A stretch of 64,000 nucleotides of DNA from Dehalococcoidia bacterium (GTDB lineage Bacteria; Chloroflexota; Dehalococcoidia; Bin125). Shown here piece by piece: positions 20,062-30,400 of the stretch. Positions within the stretch are counted from its first letter, which is position 1; each line of letters begins with the position of its first letter. The position numbers were made by a program, and so were the translations under genes. Where the stretch lies: contig CAXXNO010000005.1 of assembly GCA_963663235.2 (NCBI GenBank), positions 64,001 to 128,000 on the forward strand. Reading direction: 5' to 3'. The notes under the pieces were generated by a model, which saw only the letters and a list, made by a program, of their open reading frames with translations, was not told the origin of the DNA and searched no databases.

Positions 20062-21846
20062 ATGACTACCCTCGACCCCGTCCAGCTCATCGTCATGGCC
20101 AACCGGGTGGATGGCATTACCCGTGAGATGACCAACACCCTGGTCCGCACCGCCCGGTCGGGGACGCTCGCCGCGCGTGATCTCTCCTGCTCCCTCTCCA
20201 CCGCCGGGCATGAGCTCTTCGCGGCGCCCGAGGGCTGCCCGGTGCACGTCTACGGATCGGGCCTCCTCTGCGAGGCCATGCAGGAGATGCACCCCGACTT
20301 CAAAGAGGGCGACGCCTTTTTGCACAATGATCCCTACCTCGGCAACACCCACGCGGCCGACTGGACGATCCTGGTGCCGGTCTTCTATGCCGGCGAGCAC
20401 ATCTTCACGACCTGTGTGAAGGCGCACCAAGCCGACACCGGAAACGCCATCCGCACGACCTACTCGCCCGAGGCCGTCGACGTGTACGCCGAGGGAGCGT
20501 TGATCTTCCCGTGCGTGCGCATTCAGGAGCACTACGCAGACGTCGGCGACATCATCCGCATGTGCCAGAAGCGCATCCGCATCCCCGAGATCTGGTACGG
20601 CGACTACCTGGCCATGATCGCGGCCGCCCGGGTGGGCGAGCAGGGGATCCAGGCCTTCTGCCGCAAGTTCGGGCTGGAGACGGTGAAGACCTTCGTCCGC
20701 GAGTGGCTGGACTACTCCGAGCGCATGACCATGGCGGCGATTCGCGAACTGCCGGCCGGCGAGGCCGAGGCGTGGAGCACGGTGGATCCGTTCCCCAGCC
20801 TCCCCGATGGCATCCCGCTGCACGCCAAGATCGCGGTCGACCCCGCCGCCGCGCGCGTCACGGTCGACTTCCGCGACAACCCGGACTGCACGCCCACCGG
20901 CTTGAATCAGAGCCGCGCCACCGCCACGACCGCCGCCGTCTCCGGCATCCTGCACATCCTCAACGCGCGCCCGGAAGCCAAAGTGGAGGTCGCGCCCAAC
21001 AACGGTGGCAGCTTCCGTCGCTTCGATGTGCTGTTACGCGAGAACTGCGTGCTGGGGATCCCGGTCCATCCCTACTCCTGCTCCATGGCTACCACCACGG
21101 TCTTGGAGCGCGGCATGGGCATGGTCTTCGCCGCCTTCGCTCAGCTGGCCGACGGCGTGGGCCTGGGCGAGCCGGCCTGGGGCCTGGCGCCCTACGACGG
21201 CGTGGTGTCCGGCTTCGACCGGCGGCGCGGCGAGCCCTACATGTTGCAGGTCTTCAGTGGCACCGCCGGCGGCCCCGCCGGGCCGCAATCCGACGGCTGG
21301 CTCACGCTGGTCGGCGCGGGAGCCGGTGGCGTCATGTACATCGATTCCGCCGAGGTGATCGAGCAGAAATACCCCTACGTGCTCTGGGACAAAAGGCTCC
21401 GCGTCGATTCCGAAGGCGCCGGCCGCCAACGGGGGGCGCCGGGCAATATTTGCAGCTACGGTCCGCTCGTGGACCCGATGGACGTCTACTACTCGCTCGA
21501 CGGGATGTTCAACCCGCCGCAAGGCGTGCGCGGGGGCGGCCCCACGCAAGGGCCCGGCGCGCACCTGCGAGAGGCAAGCGGCTCGACGCGCGTCCTTCCG
21601 GAACTCGTCGGTGAACAGCGGCTGGAGCCCGGGGAGCGGATCGTGGGCCTCTCCTCCGGTGGCGGCGGCTACGGCGATCCCCTGACTCGTGACGCAGAGG
21701 CCGTCCTGCGCGACGTCGTCGAGGGCTTCATCACCGTCGGCCGCGCGCGCGCCGTCTACGCCGTCGTCCTCACCGGCGACCCCGCCCGCGTCGAGACCCT
21801 CGCCGTCGATCAGAAGGCCACCGCCGCCATCCGCACCAGCGGCTGA
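20062..21846 (+). CDS. hyuB: Hydantoinase B/oxoprolinase-family subunit (paralog 2)
   Basis: LDPVQLIVMANR, HNDPYLGNTHAAD, KAHQADTGN, GGGGYGDP. Confidence 0.92.
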   Translation: MTTLDPVQLIVMANRVDGITREMTNTLVRTARSGTLAARDLSCSLSTAGHELFAAPEGCPVHVYGSGLLCEAMQEMHPDFKEGDAFLHNDPYLGNTHAADWTILVPVFYAGEHIFTTCVKAHQADTGNAIRTTYSPEAVDVYAEGALIFPCVRIQEHYADVGDIIRMCQKRIRIPEIWYGDYLAMIAAARVGEQGIQAFCRKFGLETVKTFVREWLDYSERMTMAAIRELPAGEAEAWSTVDPFPSLPDGIPLHAKIAVDPAAARVTVDFRDNPDCTPTGLNQSRATATTAAVSGILHILNARPEAKVEVAPNNGGSFRRFDVLLRENCVLGIPVHPYSCSMATTTVLERGMGMVFAAFAQLADGVGLGEPAWGLAPYDGVVSGFDRRRGEPYMLQVFSGTAGGPAGPQSDGWLTLVGAGAGGVMYIDSAEVIEQKYPYVLWDKRLRVDSEGAGRQRGAPGNICSYGPLVDPMDVYYSLDGMFNPPQGVRGGGPTQGPGAHLREASGSTRVLPELVGEQRLEPGERIVGLSSGGGGYGDPLTRDAEAVLRDVVEGFITVGRARAVYAVVLTGDPARVETLAVDQKATAAIRTSG

Positions 21847-21881
21847 TCTGCCGCCCAAGGCGGCACGACTCCCCGCGATGG

Positions 21882-22757
21882 TCAGACGCGGATGTTGTGC
21901 GCGTACAGGTCGCTGAGTGCTGCCGCCCATTCGGGGTCGGGCAGGCGGTACGTGGGGAGCGGCAACTCGCGCCGTTCGACGCCGAGACGTTGGAAGATCC
22001 GCTCCGCGTTGGGTCCGGCCGGGTTCCGTAGCTTCCACGTCTCCCCGTCGAGGATGTCGAGCACGACCTCGGCGACACGCTCGGGCGCCGTCGCGTCGGG
22101 GATCCCTGAGCGGAAAAACGCACCGCCCCGGCGGATCGCGACGGCATAGGGGCTGCCGGGCTCCGGAGGTGGAGGGTTCGGCAGATCATCCAGAATCGGC
22201 GTGGCGATCAGGCCCGACTCGATCAGCGCCACGCGCACGTCGGTGTCCACGAGCTCCAGCGCGACGCTCTCCGTCACCCCTTCCAGCGCGAATTTCGACG
22301 CCGTGTACGGAGACTCCAGCGGCCCGACCGACACCGCCCCGATTGATGAGACGTTGATGATCGCGCCCCGGCCGCGCTCCCGCATGTGGCCCAGCAACGC
22401 CTGCATGCACCGCAGGGGCCCGTAGAAGTTCGTCTCCATGACGTCGCGATAGGCCTGCAGCGGCAGGAACTCCACTGGGCCGCTCTCGCCGATGATCCCG
22501 GCGTTGTTTACCAGCACGTCGATCTGCCCCGCCTCCTCCAGGACGAACGCTACGCCCCCCCGCACCGACGCGTCGTCCCGCACGTCGAGCGGCACGACAC
22601 GCACTTCCACTCCGGCAGCTTTGGCCGCCTCCCGCAGCCCGTTCGCCCGGCCGGTGTCCCGCATCGACGCATACACTCGGTGCCCCGCCTTGGCGAGGTG
22701 CACCGCCATCGTCAAGCCGATGCCCTTGCTTGTTCCCGTGATGAGGCTGACGGTCAT
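21882..22757 (-). CDS. Short-chain dehydrogenase/reductase
   Basis: ITGTSKGIG, LVNNAG, YTASK. Confidence 0.93.
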   Translation of the reverse strand: MTVSLITGTSKGIGLTMAVHLAKAGHRVYASMRDTGRANGLREAAKAAGVEVRVVPLDVRDDASVRGGVAFVLEEAGQIDVLVNNAGIIGESGPVEFLPLQAYRDVMETNFYGPLRCMQALLGHMRERGRGAIINVSSIGAVSVGPLESPYTASKFALEGVTESVALELVDTDVRVALIESGLIATPILDDLPNPPPPEPGSPYAVAIRRGGAFFRSGIPDATAPERVAEVVLDILDGETWKLRNPAGPNAERIFQRLGVERRELPLPTYRLPDPEWAAALSDLYAHNIRV

Positions 22758-22940
22758 GAGAGGCCCTCCAGGGGCGCGGTGTCGAGATGGACGGGATCAC
22801 GGTGCAGGGTACCGAGGCCTGGACGGCGCGTCGTGATCTCCTCCGTGGCCTCTAGAGCCTGACGTCCGGCCGTATACTCGGCGCGCGGCACGACGGATAA
22901 TCCACCTCACCCTCTTCTCGACGCAGGAGATGACGTCACC

Positions 22941-23165
22941 GTGCAAAGCATCAAGCTGGACTACGACAAACGCTGCGCCGCAGAGCCCGCCAAGTGACAT
23001 AACCGCTAGCACGCGGAGATCCCACCTGCGCTGGAGGTGAGCCTGGGTGAAGCGGTGGAAGCCGACACGCGGGATGCCTTCGACGGACAGATCACGCCGC
23101 AGACCGTGGCCGTGCCGAACATAGTCGTCTCAGCCTTCTTGCCTCTCGACATCTTTGACTCCTAG
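22941..23165 (+). pseudogene. Acetamidase/formamidase 5' remnant
   Basis: After RBS AGGAG the frame reads VQSIKLDYDKRCAAEPAK*HNR*HAEIPPALEVSLGEAVEADTRDAFDGQITP, matching the GHNRWHPDIPP..PGE..ETRDAFDGQI pattern. Stops at 22995 and 23007. Confidence 0.75.
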
Positions 23166-23337
23166 CCACTTGAGGGGCGGCCCGGTCATAGCGTCTAAGA
23201 TGTGCCCGATGCGCGATTGTGATTCTCTCGACCGTGCGATGGACCGCGCTTTCCGATCTCGAACTCGGCGGTGGAACCGTGCGAGTCGGCGATTTTGGCG
23301 CCATCCACCAGGCGCCGCGTTGCTCTCTCACAGAGAC

Positions 23338-24510
23338 GTGCGCTCTCGAAGATCGGCGCCGCGAGCATGGCCAAGCGTTTCCTGGCGCCGACGCCTCGCG
23401 CCGCTGGCCGCCCTTGCCGTCGCTGCGATCTTGCTCGCCGCCTGCGGCGACGACGGCGACAACGGCGACGGCGACGATGCCAGCGCGCAAGAGGCGAGGC
23501 TGCGGGGTCGGGAGATCAACGTCGCGGCGGGCGTGCCGGTGTACTCGGCGGCGCCCTCGCTCGAGCACTTCGCGACCGACGCATCGCCCTTCACCGGCGG
23601 TCGCATATTTCGCGACGCGAGCCTTTTCAATACCCCCATCCCGCCCGCTGCGCCGCTGCACCCCGACTCCGAAGATCTCGTGGCGGCGTTGCTCGATCGC
23701 GCCGCCGAGGGCCTCGTGATCGCGACGACGGAATGGACCATCCCGGCCTTTCGCGCCGGCGCCACCACGCCTCGCGTCGACGTGCGGCTGACCGCCGACT
23801 GGGCGCCCTTTCGCGTCCTGCGCCAGGTCCCCATCCCGGACGGGGCCATCCCCGATCCGCAGGACGACGGTCATTTAACGATCATCGATTTCGACGGCGG
23901 CTGGGTCTACGACCTCTGGCAGGCGCAGCGCACGGACGATGGTTGGGAAGCCTCGTGGGGGAATCGCATCGCCCTCGACTCCGATGGCATCTATCCGCTC
24001 GGACTGTCGGCCCGCGGGAGCGGCTTCTCGTCGTTGATGGGCCTGATCTGGCCGCACGAGTTTGCCCAAGGCTCGATCAATCACGTGCTGGTCTTCTCGA
24101 CGCTGCCGAACCGCGCCGGGCTCCTCGTACCGCCGGCGACCGAATCGGACGGTCGTTCGGATGACCCGCTCACCTTGCCCGAGGGGGCGCGCCTCCGCCT
24201 CGACCCGGCTCTCGACCTTGATCTTCTGGACCTCGCCCCGTGGGAGCGCGTAATCGCACGGGCGATGCAGGAGTACGGCATCATCCTTGCCGACAACGGC
24301 AGCGAGAGCATTTCGCTGTACGCCGTGCACCCCGCCTCATTTGGCGGCTACGCTGCTCCCTACGATCTCGAAGAGGGCATTGGCTACGCCACGAACATCC
24401 CTCTGGATCGGCTACAACTCCTCGATTGGGACGAGCTCATCGACATTGAGGATCTCCCCAACGAAGTGATCGACGCCACGATCTACGCGGAACCGGCCGA
24501 TGTCGACTAG
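23338..24510 (+). CDS. Uncharacterised acidic lipoprotein (start uncertain)
   Basis: LLAAC-GDDGD lipobox. Conserved-looking motifs DGHLTIID, GLIWPHE, PEGARLRL and YGIILADN. Confidence 0.7.
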   Translation: MRSRRSAPRAWPSVSWRRRLAPLAALAVAAILLAACGDDGDNGDGDDASAQEARLRGREINVAAGVPVYSAAPSLEHFATDASPFTGGRIFRDASLFNTPIPPAAPLHPDSEDLVAALLDRAAEGLVIATTEWTIPAFRAGATTPRVDVRLTADWAPFRVLRQVPIPDGAIPDPQDDGHLTIIDFDGGWVYDLWQAQRTDDGWEASWGNRIALDSDGIYPLGLSARGSGFSSLMGLIWPHEFAQGSINHVLVFSTLPNRAGLLVPPATESDGRSDDPLTLPEGARLRLDPALDLDLLDLAPWERVIARAMQEYGIILADNGSESISLYAVHPASFGGYAAPYDLEEGIGYATNIPLDRLQLLDWDELIDIEDLPNEVIDATIYAEPADVD

Positions 24511-24528
24511 TACACCGCCGCACAGCGC

Positions 24529-26373
24529 TTATCCGCGCAGCATCGCCGTTGCTTCCTCGTCGATCGAGAGTGTCTCGACCTTCGTCGGGTCACCGCTAAT
24601 GACAACGCCATAGGCGTCACGCGCTCGCCCAATGCTGACGTACCCTTCGGTCACGTCCCGGAGCACGGCCTCCGGCTCACGCGTGAGTGGATCGCCGTAA
24701 CCGCCACCGCCGTCCGACAGAGACACGATCCGCTCGCCGACGTCCAGGCCCTGCTCGCCGACCACGTCGCGAAGCTGCCGCAGCGACCCGTCCCGGAGGG
24801 CGAGGTGCGCCTCCGATCCCTTGGCGGGACCGCCACCTTGTACGCCCTGCGGGACGTTGTGCATGCCGTCCAGCGTGTAGTGAGCCTCCATCGGATCCCA
24901 GAGCGGTCCGTAGCTACATATGTTGCCCGGCGCTCCGCGCTGACGGCCGGCGCCTTCCGAGTCCGGGCGCGCCCGCTTCTCAAAGATGACGAACGGGTAC
25001 TTCTGCTCGACCACTTCGGTTTCGTCGATGTACATGAGCCCTGCGGCGGCGGCGGCGAGCAAAGATAGCCATCCGTCGGATTCCGCGCTCGCAGGCCCGC
25101 CGGCAGTGCCGCTGAACAGCTGGAACACGTAGGGCTCGTCGCGCCGACGGTTGTAGCCTGAGACCACCGCCATGAACGGTCCCTGCCCGCAACACGGCTC
25201 TGCCAGCCCGATCCCGTCTATCAACCGCCCAAAGGCCGAGAAGATCATCCCCTGCGTCCGGCTAGCAACTGTCGTCGTCGCCATGGAGCAGGAGGTGGGA
25301 TGGATCGGGATCCCCACGGCACAGTTCTCGCGCAGGAGGACGGTGAAGCGCCGGAAGGCCCCGGCGTTGTGCGGGACCAGCTCGGCCCGCGCTGCCCGCT
25401 TGGAGTTGAGCACCACCAGGATCCCGGTGATCGCCGCGTTCATGGCCGTCGAGCGGCTGAGGTTCAGGCCCGTGGGCGTGCAGTCCGGGTTGTCACGCAG
25501 ATCGACCGTGACGCGACCGGCGTCCGGATCGACCTCGATTGCTGCTTTAATCGGCAGGCCGTCCGGGATCCCCGGAAACGGGTCCACGGTGCTCTGCGCC
25601 TTCACGCGGCCCGCCGGCAATTGACGGATCGCGGCCACGCTCAGCCGCTCGCTGTAATCCAGCCACTCCCGAGTGAAGCGCCTGACGGTTTCCAGACCGA
25701 ACTTTGCACAGAACTCCTTGATCCGTTCCTCGCCCACGCGAGCGGCGGCGAGCATCGCCAAGTAATCGCCGTACCAGACCTCGGGTACTCGGATCCGCTT
25801 CTCGCACATGCGAATGATGTCGTCCACGTCCTGATAGGCCCGCTGGATTCGGACGCACGGGAAGATCAACGCCCCTTCGGCGTAGACGTCTACGGCCTTG
25901 GGCACGTACGTGCTGGGGATCGCGTTGCCGATGTCCGACAGATGGGCTTTCACGCAGGTCGTGAACACGTGCGCGCCGTCGAAAAACACCGGCACGAGGA
26001 TCGTGTGGTCGGCCGGGTGCGAGTTGCCGAGGTAGGGGTCATTGTGGAGAAACGCATCGCCCACCTCGCGATCCGGGTGCAGCTCCGCCATCGCCTCGCA
26101 CAGGAGCCCCGATCCGTACACGTGCACGGGCAATCCCTCGGGAGCGGCGAACAGATTGTTCTCAGCGTCGACGATGGAGCAGGAGAAGTCCCGCGCCACC
26201 AGCGTCGCCGAGCGCGCGGTCCGGACTAGGATGTTCGTCATTTCGCGGGTGATGCCGTCCATCCGGTTCGCCATCACCAGCAGTTGGACGGGGTCGAACG
26301 ATGTCTCCGTGGTCCCAAAGGCGCTGACGGGCACGAACCGGTTCACCGATCTACGCGATGCTTCACTTGCCAT
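24529..26373 (-). CDS. hyuB: Hydantoinase B/oxoprolinase-family subunit (paralog 3)
   Basis: FDPVQLLVMANR, HNDPYLGNSHPAD, KAHLSDIGN, GGGGYGDP. Confidence 0.92.
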   Translation of the reverse strand: MASEASRRSVNRFVPVSAFGTTETSFDPVQLLVMANRMDGITREMTNILVRTARSATLVARDFSCSIVDAENNLFAAPEGLPVHVYGSGLLCEAMAELHPDREVGDAFLHNDPYLGNSHPADHTILVPVFFDGAHVFTTCVKAHLSDIGNAIPSTYVPKAVDVYAEGALIFPCVRIQRAYQDVDDIIRMCEKRIRVPEVWYGDYLAMLAAARVGEERIKEFCAKFGLETVRRFTREWLDYSERLSVAAIRQLPAGRVKAQSTVDPFPGIPDGLPIKAAIEVDPDAGRVTVDLRDNPDCTPTGLNLSRSTAMNAAITGILVVLNSKRAARAELVPHNAGAFRRFTVLLRENCAVGIPIHPTSCSMATTTVASRTQGMIFSAFGRLIDGIGLAEPCCGQGPFMAVVSGYNRRRDEPYVFQLFSGTAGGPASAESDGWLSLLAAAAAGLMYIDETEVVEQKYPFVIFEKRARPDSEGAGRQRGAPGNICSYGPLWDPMEAHYTLDGMHNVPQGVQGGGPAKGSEAHLALRDGSLRQLRDVVGEQGLDVGERIVSLSDGGGGYGDPLTREPEAVLRDVTEGYVSIGRARDAYGVVISGDPTKVETLSIDEEATAMLRG

Positions 26374-26459
26374 GACCGATGACGTCGCGACTCCGCGATC
26401 ACATCATCGAGCCGTCCCTCGACCGTTCGATGGCGACTCGCCGCCGGTCGTGCTCACGG

Positions 26460-27326
26460 CTACGCCAGCTTCCGCACGAACTCTGCGTAGCGATCGAGCA
26501 AGGGCAGCACGGATCCGGCCGGCTCCGGCGGCAGGTGGAACACCAGCCGTCCGAACCCCAGGTCCATAAGCTCGCGGGCTTCCACCTCACCCCGTGCCGG
26601 ATCGATCAGGGGCTGGAGGTAGTAGGCCGTGAGATCGATCGTGTCCATCGAGCGACCGGCCTTGCTGGCTGTCGCCCGTAGCTCCTGCACCGCCCCGGCG
26701 ATGTCGCTGCGTCCGGGCAACGGCATCCAACCATCGCAGTACTCGATCACTCGCTCAAACGCCCACTTGGTCGCGTTCGACCCCAGAAGGACCGGCGGTC
26801 CCCCGGGGCGCACCGGCTTCGGGTACGACCAGATGGGATCGAAGTCGACAAAGGCCCCGTGAAACTCCGCCGCCTCCTCGGTCCAGATGGCGCGCATCGC
26901 CAGCACGCACTCCCGGGCCACCCGCCAGCGGTCCGCGAAGGCGACGCCGTGGTTCGCCATCTCCTCGGCGTTCCATCCCGCCCCGATCCCGAAGATGACT
27001 CGGCCTCCCGAGAGCTGGTCCAGCGAGGCCACCTGCTTCGCCGTCACGATCGGGTCGCGCTGCGCGATCAGGCACACCCCCAGAGCAAGCTTGATACGGC
27101 TCGTCGCCGTCGCGGCGGCGGCGAGAGCGACGAACGGGTCGTGCGTGTGCGAGTACTCGTTTGGGAGATCGCCCCCGCCGGGGAACGGCGACCGCCGGCT
27201 CGTTGGAATGTGCGTGTGCTCCGGCAGAAACAGCGACTCGAAGCCCCGTTCCTCCGCGGCCTGCGCCAGCTCCACCGGGGAGATCGCGTAGTCCGTGGGA
27301 AACATCATCACGCCAAAGTCGGTCAT
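26460..27326 (-). CDS. LLM-class, probably F420-dependent oxidoreductase (Rv2161c-like)
   Basis: GFESLFLPEHTHIP, DPFVALAAAA, AKQVASLDQLSGGR, GAGWNAEEM. Confidence 0.9.
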   Translation of the reverse strand: MTDFGVMMFPTDYAISPVELAQAAEERGFESLFLPEHTHIPTSRRSPFPGGGDLPNEYSHTHDPFVALAAAATATSRIKLALGVCLIAQRDPIVTAKQVASLDQLSGGRVIFGIGAGWNAEEMANHGVAFADRWRVARECVLAMRAIWTEEAAEFHGAFVDFDPIWSYPKPVRPGGPPVLLGSNATKWAFERVIEYCDGWMPLPGRSDIAGAVQELRATASKAGRSMDTIDLTAYYLQPLIDPARGEVEARELMDLGFGRLVFHLPPEPAGSVLPLLDRYAEFVRKLA

Positions 27327-27619
27327 AGCCATCCCCCACCGCTGGTGCGCTCCGACGCTTACCGCCGCCACGCCGCTCGCGATCATACCCGCGAACCCCT
27401 GCGACGCCTAGCGCGCGCGCTGCGATCGCCTCGCGGCGGTGCTGACCCGGCTTCTGCCCCGTGGCGACGCGCTTCCCCCGACCCCCATGAGCGCGTCCGA
27501 GTCGGTCCGCGTCGTGAGAGACCGTGACCAAGCCGCCGCGAGAAGTGATCGCGTCCGCTCGCATCGCCGCTGGACGCGCTTCATGCCCACACCCGCGATC
27601 GGCCTTGTAGACTGGCCGC

Positions 27620-28444
27620 GTGTCTACAGCCTCTCTCTTCGTTCGCAGCGATAATCGCTTCGTCCCCACGGAGGTGGCCCGCGGTCCCTGGAGCCTCGAC
27701 TTCCTCCACGGCGGCCCGGTCGCCGCCCTCCTTGCCTGGGCGATCGAGCAGCGCGAGACGGATCCGGCCTTCCAGCCCGCGCGACTGACGGTCGATCTCT
27801 TCCGGCCCGTCCCCTACTCGCCGCTGGAAGTCACGAGTCGCGTCGTCCGCGCGGGCAAGCGGGTCCGCGTGATCGATGCCGGCCTCACCGCCAATGGCGT
27901 CGAGGTGAGCCGCGCCTCGGCGCTCCTCTTACGGCACGTGGACGTGGACTCGCCGGCGGCGCTGGACGCTCCCTCGGTCACGCCGCCGCCACCGGACGCT
28001 CTTCCGCCCTATGAGCAGCCCTTCTCGAGCGAGGGCGTCGCCTATCACACGGCAGTCGAGTACCGCCGCGCCGATCCGGAGAGCCCGCGCGGAGCCGTGG
28101 TCTGGGTGCGCCTGCCCTTCGCGCTGCTGCCGGAAGCGGACATGAGTCCGCTGGTCCACGCCGCCGCGATAGCGGACTTCGTCAATCCCTTCGCCAACCT
28201 GCCGGCCGGAACCCGGATCGGCTTCATCAACGCGGACGTCAACGTCTTCTTGCACCGGCCGCCCCTCGGCGACTGGCTCTGCCTCGCCGTTAGCAGCCGC
28301 CGGAGCGCCCGCGGGGTCGCCGTGGCCGACGCCGCACTCTTGGACACGTCCGGACCGGCCGGTCGATGCTTGGTCACTTCGATCGCGAACCCAGGAGCCA
28401 TGTTTGCGGGCCAAGCCGCCGATGGGTCCGTCGCCGCCCGCTGA
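27620..28444 (+). CDS. Double-hotdog acyl-CoA thioesterase-like protein
   Basis: RGPWSLDFLHGGP, RLTVDLFRPVP, FINADVNVFLHRPPLGDWL. Confidence 0.88.
   Translation: MSTASLFVRSDNRFVPTEVARGPWSLDFLHGGPVAALLAWAIEQRETDPAFQPARLTVDLFRPVPYSPLEVTSRVVRAGKRVRVIDAGLTANGVEVSRASALLLRHVDVDSPAALDAPSVTPPPPDALPPYEQPFSSEGVAYHTAVEYRRADPESPRGAVVWVRLPFALLPEADMSPLVHAAAIADFVNPFANLPAGTRIGFINADVNVFLHRPPLGDWLCLAVSSRRSARGVAVADAALLDTSGPAGRCLVTSIANPGAMFAGQAADGSVAAR
28108..28228 (+). repeat. 121-bp direct repeat, copy 1 (inside the thioesterase gene)
   Basis: Ungapped match to 31874..31994 with about five mismatches. Confidence 0.92.
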
Positions 28445-28670
28445 TGGCGCGCTCCCTTGCCGGCCCCCGCTCGGGCTGAACGCCTCTCGGTTCACCGACA
28501 CGTGGCTCCCTACCAGATGGCCAACTGGCCGTCTACCAGATAAGGGTGCCCTGCGAGCCACAAAGATCGAGTGACCACGCCTCCTCGCGGGCGCTGTGAT
28601 ACAGCGCCGCGGCGGCCGGTGGCTCTGGTGGCGGTGTGTGCCGCTCACCCAGAGGTGAGATGCGCGTGCA

Positions 28671-30326
28671 ATGCGGATCGTAAAGCGCTTCGCTGGCCCG
28701 GCACTGATCGCGTCGGTGCTCGTAACGGCGGCCTGCGTCGCTGCTGCCGGCGATGACGTCAGGACGCCCGAACCGGCGCCCGATGCCACTAGCGCCGTAA
28801 CGGCTGGCGGCTCCTACGACGTCCATCACTACTCGATACCGACGGACGCAGCCGCTCTCTCGCTGTCTGACGGAACCGACTTGCCGGCGGTCGATGATCA
28901 ACACCCCGTCCCCTGGCCTGCGATGCTGGCGATCCGCGCTCCCGTTGAAAACATCGACCGTCCCGCAATTCACGATGTCCTCCCTGATGACGGAGGAATC
29001 CGGGAGGAGTCGCGCCGCCCGCAAGACCAGCCCGAGAACGCAAGATCACCGGTGCGCTCACCGATCAGCCGCCAGTTGCACTGCATCCCAATCATTGAGC
29101 AAGCGCCTCTCTGCATTTTAGTGAACCCTCCGACCCTCATCGTCACCAAGATCGTGCAAGGCGGGGAGCTGGGCGTGGCCGACTTTCCGCTCTTCATCGA
29201 CGGTATCCCCACCACCAGCGGCACGCCGGTTCTCGTGAGCCCCGGGAGCCACGTCGTGACAGAGCAGACCGCTCCCGGCTACCAGGCGAGCTTTTCGGGT
29301 CGTTGTGACGCGAACGGCAACGTCTTCATGGGGACGTATGGAACGGCCACTTGCGTGATCACGAACACCTTCCCGGGGACCATCGGCCCGGACACCACCG
29401 GCCCGGACACCACCGGCCCGGACGTGCTCCCGACCCCCAGTCTCGACGTGGAGCTTGAGACGAACGGCATGGATGCTGACTCAATGGAGGCGTCTGTGCC
29501 GGTCCACGTTGGCGGCACCCTGACCTGGACCTACACGGTGACGAACACCGGCAACGTCGGCCTCACCGGCGTCATCGTGACAGATGATAACGGCACGCCC
29601 GAGGACCCCAGTGATGACTTCGTGGTCGCCGCCGGTATCTCCCTGAGCGCAGGCGGATCGTCGAATGGCGCCGACGGCAACGAAGGGGGGACCGGTGGCG
29701 AAGACATCCCGCTCCGTTCGTCCCAACTAGGCCTCGGCGAGACGCAATCCTTTACGGTCGTTGGAATCGCGGAGGAGGGTCACTTCCTCAAGGCGGCGAC
29801 CGCCACATCGGAGCAAGGCGCCGGTGACTTGGATGCGAGCCACTACACGGGGGTCCTCGTTCCCATCATTCCGCCTCCCGCTGCGCTGCCGGACGCCGGG
29901 AGCGGCGGCCTCGCCGTCGACGTACCCGACCTCGGGGATGCCGACTACAGCTGGACCCTCGTCACCGCGACCGGCGTAACGGCGGCATTTCTCGTCATCG
30001 TGCTCGTCCGTCGCCGGTACGTGGTCACGCTCCAGCGCCGCGTGTTCAACGCGGCCGCCACCACAGCCGGGACCAGGACCAGAACCGCGGAGCAAGTCGT
30101 CCCCAGTTTGAACTTGAGCTCCCAGGCCGGCGCGTCTGTCCGGACGGATACCTCTCCCCCTGCTCTCCCGGACGCCGATGGTGGTGGCCACGCGCACGCT
30201 GCGCCGGCTGGCCGGCCTGTCGACCACCGCTGGGCGCTCTTCACCGCGACCGGTGTAGCGGCGGCACTCCTCGGCATCGCATTCTTCTCTCACTGGTACG
30301 GAAGCCGGCGCTGGCGCCGCCGGTAA
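28671..30326 (+). CDS. Secreted cell-surface protein with Ig/prealbumin-like domains and two C-terminal sorting-like signals
   Basis: Signal peptide, TLIVTK...CVITN domain, TWTYTVTNTGNVGLTGVIVTDD (DUF11/DUF7507-like), then LPDAG+TM+RRR and LPDAD+TM+RRWRRR. Confidence 0.75.
   Translation: MRIVKRFAGPALIASVLVTAACVAAAGDDVRTPEPAPDATSAVTAGGSYDVHHYSIPTDAAALSLSDGTDLPAVDDQHPVPWPAMLAIRAPVENIDRPAIHDVLPDDGGIREESRRPQDQPENARSPVRSPISRQLHCIPIIEQAPLCILVNPPTLIVTKIVQGGELGVADFPLFIDGIPTTSGTPVLVSPGSHVVTEQTAPGYQASFSGRCDANGNVFMGTYGTATCVITNTFPGTIGPDTTGPDTTGPDVLPTPSLDVELETNGMDADSMEASVPVHVGGTLTWTYTVTNTGNVGLTGVIVTDDNGTPEDPSDDFVVAAGISLSAGGSSNGADGNEGGTGGEDIPLRSSQLGLGETQSFTVVGIAEEGHFLKAATATSEQGAGDLDASHYTGVLVPIIPPPAALPDAGSGGLAVDVPDLGDADYSWTLVTATGVTAAFLVIVLVRRRYVVTLQRRVFNAAATTAGTRTRTAEQVVPSLNLSSQAGASVRTDTSPPALPDADGGGHAHAAPAGRPVDHRWALFTATGVAAALLGIAFFSHWYGSRRWRRR
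29383..29423 (+). repeat. 15-nt coding tandem repeat (GPDTT, about 2.7 copies)
   Basis: CGGCCCGGACACCAC repeated in the interdomain linker. Confidence 0.85.
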
Positions 30327-30400
30327 CGGGGGGCCACCGACGGCGCGTTGACGAGACGCATCCCGACGACTAGGCTCTCGCGCCGAAGGAGGCTGTGTCG

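Noticed and set aside
22995-23009. Selenocysteine or pyrrolysine recoding of TGA and TAG
   Set aside because: The stops sit at conserved Gly and Trp positions and the rest of the gene is missing, so decay is the simpler explanation.
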